Source: Rhynchobatus australiae
Taxonomy: Eukaryota
Assembly (NCBI GenBank): GCA_034780895.1
Contig: JAUZTB010000069.1
Coordinates: 10,178,619-10,242,618, forward strand
Reading direction: 5' to 3'
DNA: 64,000 nt
Part shown: piece after piece, positions 35,801 through 47,800 of the stretch
Numbering within the stretch: position 1 is the stretch's first letter
How the letters are laid out: each line of letters starts with the position of its first letter
Made by a program: the position numbers and the translations under genes
The notes under the pieces: model-generated
Told to the model about the DNA's origin: nothing
The model's database searches: none
The model's input: only the letters and a program-made list of their open reading frames with translations

Positions 35801-38800
35801 TCAGAAACAAGGGGCAGTTAAGAATAAGCAAAAAATGCTGCCATTGCTGGTGATATCCACATCTCATGAACAAACAGAAATAAAAACACAAACTGTTATT
35901 CGTACCAACTGTGGCTCTATTCACATCCTCCAGTCTCATAGTGTAAGCAGCAGCTTTCCAGCAGTAGAATTACGATGAAACACAAAAATTGTAAGCATGT
36001 AAATTTACTGGAAAATGTTATGATTTTCAAATTTTGTATTTTTAATTTTACATTGCTTGAAATGATTCTGCACACACTAACATTGTTGAAGTATGTTCTC
36101 ATTTAGGGGAAATCCATCCCTCAAGATGCAAAGATAAGTGACTCTGGGCATGGCATTGTTGCATACTCTGCCACACCTCAGTGAGAAAAAATGATAAATG
36201 AGTGCTGCTAGCAGTGTCACTATTAAGGCACCCATTGAATGCTGAAAAAACTACTCCTTGTTAGTTTGTGCATGCTCTGTGAATTTTCAAAGATGTTTGA
36301 GTAGCTTCCAGTTAGATCTTATGCCACCTCATTAATTTTCCCAGTGTCAACGGAATGTTCCTTGACATCAGCATAAATGGAACATAATATATGATGTACT
36401 CTTGGTCATATATTAATTGTTCAACAATAACTGTAGGTTCCAACCTAAAGCTCCAATTTATTTCACTACAGAGAATTACAGTGAGCAACAAGTGCATGTC
36501 TGATACTGGAAAAATGACAGACACACTGACTGCATATGCAAGTGCTTGGTCCATTTGCCCATTATGGGTGTAAAAATCAATCCAATTTCGTGGATTTTTC
36601 ACATAGTCACAATGCAATTGAGAATAGACTATTAGAGATAATAAGACTTCCATACCAGCAAACATTGTCGTCTTATAATAAGAAACTCATAATGCTAGTT
36701 TAATATTTGTAGCTCTAATTGTACTAGTGGCACCAAAGCACACAATATTAAGTGTTGGGAAATGTCCATTTGGGAGGTGCTCAGTCAGAAAATTGTAAAT
36801 TCAAGTCACATTATTTCTGTCACTCCCATGTAGAATTGCCACATTGGTGGAGGTGCTGATTTTCAGATGAGACATTAAACTGAGGCCCCATCTGCTTTTT
36901 CAGGTGGAGTTGAATATCTAGGTCAATATTTCTCTCTCAATCAGCCAAATAAAACAAATTATCTGTATTTTAGTAACTTGCTGCTTGTGGGAGTTTGTGT
37001 GCAAATAGGCTGGTGCATTTCCTACATTACAATGGTGATTACAGTCATAGAATCATTGAGTTACGCAGCATGGAAACAGGCCTTTTGGACCAACTTATCC
37101 TTGCTGACCCATTTGTGTACCTGAGCTAGTTTCATGTGCCTGNNNNNNNNNNNNNNNNNNNNNNNNNNNNNNNNNNNNNNNNNNNNNNNNNNNNNNNNNN
37201 NNNNNNNNNNNNNNNNNNNNNNNNNNNNNNNNNNNNNNNNNNGCCTTTTGGACCAACTTATCCTTGCTGACCAATTTGTGTACCTGAGCTAGTTTCATGT
37301 GCCTGCATTTGGCCCATATCCCTTTAAACCTTTCCTATCCATGTACCTGTCTAAATGTCTTTTAAGTTTTGTAATTGTACTCGCCTCTACAGCTTTCAAT
37401 GGCAGCTCGTTCTATATACTCACTGCCCTCTGTGTGGAAAAGTTTCCCCTCAGATCTCCTTTAAATCTTTCCCCTCTCATCTTAAACTTATGCCCTCAAG
37501 TTTTAGACAACCCTATCCTGGGAAAGTGACTGTAACCATTCACCTTTTCTATGCCCCTCATGATTTTATATATCCCTAGAATAAATGGTCTTAGCCTATC
37601 CAGTGTCTCCTTATAACTCAAGCTGTCCAGTCCCAGTAACATCCTTGTGAATCTTTTCTGTATCCTTTCCAGCTTAATGATATCCTTTTTAGCTGGGCAA
37701 CCAGAACTGAGGACAATATTCCAAATGTGGTCTCACCAACGACTTGTACAGTGGTAACAATGTCCCAACTCCCATACTCAGTGCCCTGACTGATTGAAGG
37801 CAAGCATGCCAAATGCCTTCTTCGCCACCCTGTGATGCCACTTTCAAGGAACTATGTACTTGTACCCCCGGTCTCTCTTTTCTACAACATTCTCCGGGGT
37901 CTTAACATTTCAGAAAGTCCTTCATTGTCTGTAATGCACTTTAGGGAAGTCCTGAGGTCATGAAAGCCACTAAAAGAAAGAAGGTCTTTCTTTGTTACTT
38001 CAATATGAGCATTGCTTTTAAAATTTGGTGATGATTGAAATGACAGTGNNNNNNNNNNNNNAATGGCAACTGGTGTTTAATTGTTAAGAAATTGGGATGG
38101 AGCTGTAAACTGTGGTAAAATGGGCAGCAGGCATGCATGTAGCCTGCTGAAGGCCCAGTGCCTACTGAAAATTGTACTTCTGGCCTTATTTTTATAATGC
38201 AGCTGAGCTACTACTTTGGACACTGGAAAATTGAGCTGGCTTTATTGTGGAGCTGACCTGCATGTGGTTAAACTCCACAAATGGGAGGAAACTCCACAAA
38301 TCCATGGGATAGATTTGATGTCAGGAGTAGCCACTTCTGCAAAGTGCATTTTAAATATAGATTGACTTTTCTTCAGCAACCCCCATCTGGTGGGGGCTGC
38401 TGAAAAAAAAAATGAGCAGAATTTTTACTTTTCCAGTAGAATCTTGAAGCTTAATTTGGCTATTTATGCAAAAATTTTTGTTGAGACATTATTTTCCTCC
38501 AAACTATTACAAACTATGTAAAGCAGTCCTTGCCTCAAATGAGAAACTGCAGGAGATTGCCTTGCAGCAGTTCATTTTGAAAATGGTGTAAAGTAACTAT
38601 GTACTTGTGTTTAATGGAAGCAAAACAGAAGCTTATTCAAATTAATTCCTGATTTCAAAGGAATTATGTGGGCTTGCTTTTCCCTAGGTACACCTGCAGC
38701 AGACATGTTATTAAGCTATGTCAATATTTTGTTGCCTTTACAAACTACTTATTTTGTCCCACAGGGTTTTGAAACCTTCCTAGTCTTTCAGTTTGCTTTG

Positions 38801-41800
38801 TGGTGCTGAAAAATATGATTTTTTTCCTCTAAATTTCAGCCTCAAGGTTTTAAATAAATTTGAGGTAGAAATTTGTCTTTGGTTTCAAGCACTAAATACA
38901 CAATATAGCAGCNNNNNNNNNNNNNNNNNNNNNNNNNNNNNNNNNNNNNNNNNNNNNNNNNNNNNNNNNNNNNNNNNNNNNNNNNNNNNNNNNNNNNNNN
39001 NNNNNNNNNNNNNNNNNNNNNNNNNNNNNNNNNNNNNNNNNNNNNNNNNNNNNNNNNNNNNNNNNNNNNNNNNNNNNNNNNNNNNNNNNNNNNNNNNNNN
39101 NNNNNNNNNNNNNNNNNNNNNNNNNNNNNNNNNNNNNNNNNNNNNNNNNNNNNNNNNNNNNNNNNNNNNNNNNNNNNNNNNNNNNNNNNNNNNNNNNNNN
39201 NNNNNNNNNNNNNNNNNNNNNNNNNNNNNNNNNNNNNNNNNNNNNNNNNNNNNNNNNNNNNNNNNNNNNNNNNNNNNNNNNNNNNNNNNNNNNNNNNNNN
39301 NNNNNNNNNNNNNNNNNNNNNNNNNNNNNNNNNNNNNNNNNNNNNNNNNNNNNNNNNNNNNNNNNNNNNNNNNNNNNNNNNNNNNNNNNNNNNNNNNNNN
39401 NNNNNNNNNNNNNNNNNNNNNNNNNNNNNNNNNNNNNNNNNNNNNNNNNNNNNNNNNNNNNNNNNNNNNNNNNNNNNNNNNNNNNNNNNNNNNNNNNNNN
39501 NNNNNNNNNNNNNNNNNNNNNNNNNNNNNNNNNNNNNNNNNNNNNNNNNNNNNNNNNNNNNNNNNNNNNNNNNNNNNNNNNNNNNNNNNNNNNNNNNNNN
39601 NNNNNNNNNNNNNNNNNNNNNNNNNNNNNNNNNNNNNNNNNNNNNNNNNNNNNNNNNNNNNNNNNNNNNNNNNNNNNNNNNNNNNNNNNNNNNNNNNNNN
39701 NNNNNNNNNNNNNNNNNNNNNNNNNNNNNNNNNNNNNNNNNNNNNNNNNNNNNNNNNNNNNNNNNNNNNNNNNNNNNNNNNNNNNNNNNNNNNNNNNNNN
39801 NNNNNNNNNNNNNNNNNNNNCTTCTAGACCTTACTGTTCTAGTGCCATCCTGGCTGAACTTTAGCCCTTGACACTTTCAATTTAACTCATCCAAAACTCC
39901 ACTGAATGTCTCTCACTGTCTTATTCCCCTGGTGCCCATTGACTTCAGAGTCCAGTACCACCACTGAACTCCACAGCTTCACTGGTACCCATCTCTGCAA
40001 TCATCCCCACCTCTAAGGACCACTGTGTATACCATCAATTGTTGCCTCATGTGCATTCCCAATTTCCTTCCTTAGCAGCTACACTTTCAACTGTTTCAAC
40101 CCCAAAAACTTGAATTGTCCCTGAATTGTTGCTGCTCCTTTAAAGTGCTCCTTAAAACAAATCTTTGACCTTTTTTCATTGCCCTAATATTTATTTCACA
40201 AAATGGCAATAATGTTTCTTTGAAGCTCCTTGGGTTTAACAATGTTGAATATAATTGCTATTCAACTGCAAGCTTTGTTGCTGTAGCAAACCACCACTTT
40301 TATTGTGTTTTCTGGACTTCCCTCTGTTCTAAAGAATTTAATCTTAAGGGGCATGTGGAAGCTTATGAATAAATGTTGTTGCTATTCCAACTCAGCTGAA
40401 GTTTCCTGTAAAAATTGCTTAATGTGTTGGAAAAGCGTTCAGAAAGTTTTTTCAACTGGAGTAATTCACGTGTGTTTGCAACAAATAATTATTTTCCAGA
40501 ATTATATCCTCATTTTCAGAGCATAATATTAAGTGATAATCTTTAAAAAAAGTTATATTTTGACATTGCTTTTCATGTTANNNNATTTGTTCTTTCTGGA
40601 CTTTGGGACATTGCAAAAGCTTCCTCATAGATAAGGCTTAATGTCTTGGCACTGTCAACTAATTTCTGAGCTTTCTTTCCCTCCATTTGGTATTTTCAAT
40701 TGGAAAAAGAGTAGAATGGGAATTGGAGCAAAATTCATTTCACTCTGTGACATGAAAATCAGGGCTCTCATACCCCTAAACTTGTTCCTGAATGAATTAA
40801 ATAATTCTTCTCATTATTTTATATATTTTTTGTTATTTTAATTTCATACCTCATAATTATGGCTACCCAGCAATTTGTTGTGTTGGCAGATGTATAGCCA
40901 AGTGTTTTTTTTGTTTTATTTCCGATGTATGGATTATGCCCCAAATAAAACTGGTATATTCACAGCTTCACCAACAAAGCAGGCCATGAGCATTGACCAT
41001 ATGCAAATTGCTTGTAATTATATTTCTTTTTTAATATACTTTGTCTGGTTTGCTTTTAGTGCCTAGTATGCAATTAACCCCGATAACTAAATTTGTGTTT
41101 GTGCAGTCAATTGTGAAATCCAGCAAGGATGAATTTTAGTACACCATTGTCTAATGTTGAGCTAGGTCAAGTCTGTGTGTTTAATGCTCGTCCATTTGAC
41201 TCCCAGGGTAGCTCTTTTCCCTGTGACATCTGCTCAGTTGCCTGTCCCTCCTCAGTTCCTGTACACATGCAGATGTTCTGTCCATAGATCAGTGCCGTGC
41301 TTAAGGAGCTCAGAGTACACAGGCTTTTGATGTCTGATAAAAAGAACCAACTCGCTGGAGGTAAGGAGAGAATGATCAGAATGTCAATTAACCTTGGCTA
41401 AACAAGCTGGTGATCATCTGTGATACATTGTTCAGTTTATAATCATGTACACGTTGACAATCATGGCACCACTATAAACCTCGTGTGTAAAGATTTTTTC
41501 TCCTTGCTTTATCTGTAACACATAGTAGAGATATCTGATAACAATGAAATAGATAAAACATTGTACTAGTAGATGAAATGACTAACGTGGATAAAAACAG
41601 AAACATTTGATTTGACACATTGGATATATTTTTAACCCTGTGCAGCTAATGAGAATGATGTGTATGGTTAAAATTGTTGCAGGGTGTTGTTCGCCATTTT
41701 AAGTGTGGATTTATTTTTAGTTGTCCAAGGTTGAACTTAATGAATGCATGTAAATTGAGCGAAAGCAAGACTCAAATACTACTTCAGCATAAAATCACAC

Positions 41801-44800
41801 TGAGTCCTGATCAACATCCAACCCTAGCAAAGAGGTAGTACTTAAAGAGACGTTCACTTATGTAATTGGGCCACAGAATCTCATGGCATTTTGCTGGTTA
41901 GAATGCGATGAGAAATTCCAGCTTCTGGATTGCTTTTTTTCTCCAGTTCTTTGCCTTGACTAACCATGCTAAACTCTTATTTGCTGATCACAGGCACTTT
42001 TATTATCAGTTTCATTTATAGGGGAAAAGTTGGTAGAGGAGGAGGGAGCAGCAACATCTTCATTAGCCAGCATGAGGAGTAGCTCAACCTATTACAATTG
42101 TGTTGAAGTAGGAATGCTCAGCATATAGGCTATACAGGCTGAGTCAGCTTCCAAGAATGGTGTACCAATAGGCAATCTTGCTCTAACCAAGCTGTGACAG
42201 ACATGTACAGCCCCTCGCAACAACACCTGCTCCATGCTGGACATGGGTACCTTTCTTCCCAGTGGCTGTCAAAGTCACTACATTCCTTGACCTATTTGCC
42301 ATTTGCAGATACCATTCTTTTCTGGGGAATATCTCCATTAAATTCCAGTTTGCAGTATACATCTAAAATAAGTACATCACCAATGACCTCTTCCTTACTA
42401 ACCCCATCAGTCAGCAAGAGAAAGCTAAATAATTTAAGCTTTTCTTTGTGTCCAGACCATCATTGACTGTCAAATGATTTATATCATGGCTGCATTATAA
42501 GCCAGCAGTGTTTCAGTTAGGAAGGAATACCACTCTATTATTGGCCATTCCTAGAAGTAGGATTATGAATAGATATGCAAGGCATTCAGGCTACATATTA
42601 CTTTTATCAATAATATTTTGACTCCTAATTATACTGAAAAGCAAAGTGCAAATTTAATTGAAATTTTTGAAGAGGTGACCAAGAGGATTGACAAGGGCAG
42701 GGTAGTAGATGTTGCCTATATGGACTTTTGCAAGGCTTTTGACAAAGTCCCACATTGTAGACTGGTCCAGAAGGTGAGATCATGTGGGATCCAGGATGAG
42801 CTGGCCAGTCAGATATAAAGTTGGTTTGATGGAAAGAATTAGGTGGTAGTGGAGGACCATTTGTCAGAGTGGAGGCCTGTGACCAGTGGTGTGCTGCAGG
42901 GATCATTTCTGGATCCTTGCTGTTTGTCATGTACATTAATGATTTAGATGAGAATATAGGTGGCATGAAAATTGGTGATGTGGTGGACAGTGACGAAGGT
43001 TGTCTAAGGTTGCAACAGGATCTAGATCAACTGGGAAAGTGGGCAAATAAATGGAAGATGGAATTTAACTCAGACAAGTGTGAAGTGATGCATTTTAGGA
43101 AGTTAAACCACGGCAGGATTTACACAGTAAATGATAGTCCTGGGGAGTGTTGTAGAACAAAGAGGCCTAGAGATAAAAGTAAATAGTTCCCTGAAAATGG
43201 CGACACAGGAGGATAAAGTGGTGAAGAAGGCATATGGCATCCTCTGATTTTCATTGGACGGGACTCATCGGAAGGGACATTGAATATCAGAGTAATGTTG
43301 GTGAGACTTCACCTGGAATAGTGTGTGTAGTTCTGGTCACCGTACTGTAGCAAAGATGTGATTAAGTTAGAGAAGGTGCAGAAAAGATTCACAAGGGTAT
43401 TGCCTGAGCTGGAAGGCTTGAATTATGAGGAGAGGCTGGATAGGTTGGGACTGTTTTCCCAGACTCAAGGATACTGAAGGGTGAAGGGTACAGAGGTTTA
43501 CAAAACAATGAGGGGCATACATCAGGCAGGTGATCACAGTCTTTTTCTTAGGATAGGGGAGTCTAAAACTTGGTTTAAAGTGAGGGGAAAGTTTTAAAAG
43601 GGACCTGAGTGGCAACGTTTTCGCAGAGGGTGGTGGGTATGTGGAACAAGCTGCCAAAGAAGGTGGTGGGGGCGAGTACAATTACAACATTTAAAAGACA
43701 TTTGGACAGTTTTAGAGGGATATGGGCCAAATGCAGGCAAATGGGACTAGCTCAGGAAGGCACTTTGGTTGGCATGGACAGGTTGGGCTGAAGGGTCTGC
43801 TTCTGTGCTTATAACTCCATGACTCTGGTTTCCTGCACAGTAGTCGTCTTTATTCTTGTCTTTGAATGACTGTCAATCCCTTTTTAAGAGCATGGCCACG
43901 ATATCTCTGGAGATCACCATACTCTCCACAGTAGACTATAGAATGGTAATGCCATATAAAATGACACCATGCTGCAGGTGGACCCCCTCCACTCCCTTAC
44001 ATTTACCCATAGTGCTGTGCTAACTGCTAGTGAGAGCCGTACAATGTTTTTTCTTTCAGAAGCTTTTCCCCTGAACACCTCATCTCTGTGCTGCTCAGCA
44101 GAACTTTCCTTTGGTTTTCCTCCTACCAGAACCCTGCTATGTTCACTCATGCTGGTGCTTCTTCATGTGCACAACTACCTACATCACTCACTGACCCACA
44201 GAGTGTGCTCAATGCCTGTGTTGGTGCTTTAAATAGATGGAGGACAGAGAGACAGAGTGCTCCATTTATTCTTCCCAATCCTCCCAGCTCAGTAACTTAA
44301 AACACACTTGTTTTCTCACCTTGATAAATCATCTGCTTCTCTTTCCACAGATGTGGCCTGAACTAATGAGTATGTCCAGCATTTTATGTTTTTATTACAG
44401 ATTTCCAATCTCTCCAGTTTTTTGCTTTGAGTATTCAAAATACATTTGTCAAAGGGGAGAAAGAATGAAAGTGCAAAGGAGCTAAAAGGAAAACAAAACT
44501 TTTGAATGGTTAACCATAGGATATAAACAAGTAATAAGAGTAGATATTTTTAAATGCTCTTTTGCTTCCTTTGTAAACCAGTAAATAATTATTAAGGTAA
44601 GTTTTATGTAGTTTTCTAATATCTCCATTTGAGGACAACCCTGAAGATATTCACAGACTCTCACGGCACATCAATGCTAATTTGCAAGGTAGTGTCTGTT
44701 TGTGAAGAAAATGGGCAGTAATTGCAAAGCCAATACATGTGTACAATGGTGACAGCTAGAAACTTCATGACCCCTGTAACACACAAGGTGTTTTTTGCAA

Positions 44801-47800
44801 AATTGTAATTACTTCCACAGTTCTTATGAAGGGTCTTTGAATTGCAGTGTTAATTTTGTTTATCTTTCCACAGATGATACCTAACCTGCTAAGTGTTTCC
44901 AACTTTTTCTATTTTACTTCAGATTTCCAGCAGCTGTAGTTTGTTGATATTCACAATTAATAAGACATTTAGCTTGCCCCTGCTTCTATCTCTTATGCAT
45001 CATCTCCTCACCCCACCTGAGTTCATCTGCTATTGGAATCCTCATCTGGAGGACTGAGCATAGTACATTTGCTAAATTGTGCAATTTTTAGTTAGCTTTA
45101 AAAATTCATCTATTTTATTAAAGCAGGAACATTTTCCAAAAGAATGTTAAAATTCCTCCAGAAAAGTTTTTATAAATACAATCTTACTTGAAATATAACT
45201 TTAGACATTATGCATAAAATTAAACATTTCAGAGAATATGCTAGCAAAGCAGAAAATAGGAAGATAGTCATTAAATGTGTGGCTAAGGAGCTGGTGCTGG
45301 AGGGAAGGCTTCAGGTACAGAAATCATTGGGCTCTCTTCCAGGGCAGGTGGGACCTGTATGGAAGGAACTGGAGGGCACCAATATTCTTGCTGGGAGGTT
45401 TCCTACAGTGACTTAGGAGGATTTTATGTAGCTTGACAGGGGTGTGGAACCAGAGCAGTAGGTCTGCAAGTGGAAGGATTGAGGGGAAGGTAGAAGTTTG
45501 GTCAAGTAGAGCTGAAAGGAAGGACAGGCAGGGCCTGGTTAATAAACATGGGGCTGATGGGCTGAAGTGTATTTATTTCAATGCAAGGAGAATTGCAGGC
45601 GAGGCCATTGAACTTGAGGCCTGGATTAGTACATGCAACTACAGTGTTATAGACATTACAGAGACTTGGTTGAACGAAGGGCAGGACCAGCAGCTCAATG
45701 TTCCAGGGTTCTGTTGTTTCAGACACGATAGAGAGGAGAGTAAAAGAGTTGGGGGAGTTGCACTACTGAATGTCACAGTGGCACTTAGAAAAGTCCAGTG
45801 AGGCAATGTGGGTAGAGCTCTAGAATAAGAAATGAGAAATCACTATGATGGAGTTAAATTATAGGCTTGCCAATAGCCAGACAGAAGAACAGATATGTAA
45901 GCAGATTATGGAAAGATGTAAAAGCAACAGGGTTGTTGTAGTGGGTGACTTTAATTTCCCCAATATTGACTGGGAGTGCTAAAGTGCTTCAGGGTGGGGG
46001 TGGAGGACAGAATTTGTTAGGTGCATCCTGGAGCGTTTCTTAAAATGGTATATAGATAGTCCAACCAGAGAAGGGGGCCATGTCAAGGTCAAGTTTATTG
46101 TCATATGCACAAGTACACATATGTACAGGTGCAATGAAAAACTTACTTGCAACAGCATCACAGGCACAGAGCATCACCTAAGCAGCACTCAAGAAAAACA
46201 TAAATTATACATAACTTGTGCACAATTTTTACAAGAAAGAACACAATAAGAACAAAAAGTCCATTTTAGTGCAAAGTGATCAAAGTGGTCATAGTGTTGC
46301 TAAACTCTAGTGATTAGGGTTTTGCTAGTTGCTTCAAGAACCAAATGAACCATTCTATAACTTGTATTGTGAAATGAGCCTGACCAGGTGGTCCGCATTT
46401 CAGTGGGAAAGCATTTTGGGAACAGTGATCATAACTCTGTAAAATTTCAGATAGTTATGGATATGTATAAGACTGGAAATTGTTAAATAGGATTTAAGAG
46501 GTTACAGGGAGAAGGCAGAAGAACAGAGATGGAAAAAATATCAGTTATGATTGAATGGTGGAGCAGACTTGATGGGCTGAATAGCATAATTTTGCTCCTA
46601 TATCTTATGGTCTTATTGTCTAAGTGGGGGAAGGCTAATTACAACAACATTAGGCAGGAGCTGCAGAGAGTAGATTGGAAGCAGCTTTATTGGGTAAGTC
46701 TATATCTGACGTGTGGGAGTCTTTTAAAGGTCAGCTCGTCAGAATTCAGGACTAACCTGTTCCTATGACAAAGAAAGACAAGGATGGCAAGGATCAGGAA
46801 CCTTAGATGACAAAGGATTGTTGCAAATTTAGTTTAAAAAGTAAAAGGAAGCAAATGTAAGGTTTGGAAAGCTGAAATTGAACAGAGTCTTTGAAGAGCA
46901 TAAAGAAAACAGGAGAGAACTTAAACAGGGAAATAAAAGGGGCCATGAAATGTCTTTTGCAAGTAGGATTAAGAAGAATCCCAAGGCATTTTTTTTTACA
47001 TATATTAAAAAACGAGGATAACTACAGAAGGTAGGATCTGGATCTTCAAACAGGAATTGAGAACACAGGACTGCTCTAGAGTAGACCACTNNNNNNNNNN
47101 NNNNNNNNNNNNNNNNNNNNNNNNNNNNNNNNNNNNNNNNNNNNNNNNNNNNNNNNNNNNNNNNNNNNNNNNNNNNNNNNNNNNNNNNNNNNNNNNNNNN
47201 NNNNNNNNNNNNNNNNNNNNNNNNNNNNNNNNNNNNNNNNNNNNNNNNNNNNNNNNNNNNNNNNNNNNNNNNNNNNNNNNNNNNNNNNNNNNNNNNNNNN
47301 NNNNNNNNNNNNNNNNNNNNNNNNNNNNNNNNNNNNNNNNNNNNNNNNNNNNNNNNNNNNNNNNNNNNNNNNNNNNNNNNNNNNNNNNNNNNNNNNNNNN
47401 NNNNNNNNNNNNNNNNNNNNNNNNNNNNNNNNNNNNNNNNNNNNNNNNNNNNNNNNNNNNNNNNNNNNNNNNNNNNNNNNNNNNNNNNNNNNNNNNNNNN
47501 NNNNNNNNNNNNNNNNNNNNNNNNNNNNNNNNNNNNNNNNNNNNNNNNNNNNNNNNNNNNNNNNNNNNNNNNNNNNNNNNNNNNNNNNNNNNNNNNNNNN
47601 NNNNGGATGTTGTATACATAGACTTTAGTAAAGCTTTTGATAAGTCCCTCAAGGTAGGCTGATCCAGAAGATTAAGGCACATGGAATCCACAGAGACTTG
47701 GTAGATTCTATTCAATATTGGCTTGGAGATAGAAGACAGAGAGTAGTGGTGTAGGGGTGTTATTCTGACTGGAGGTTGTGACCAGTGGTGTTCTGCAAGG

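Noticed and set aside
38793-39827. Long ORFs in the track (for example 344 aa here, 333 aa at 47005-48006 and several at 61.4-62.1 kb)
   Set aside because: They consist mostly of X from N-gaps, or are antisense to CR1 sequence.
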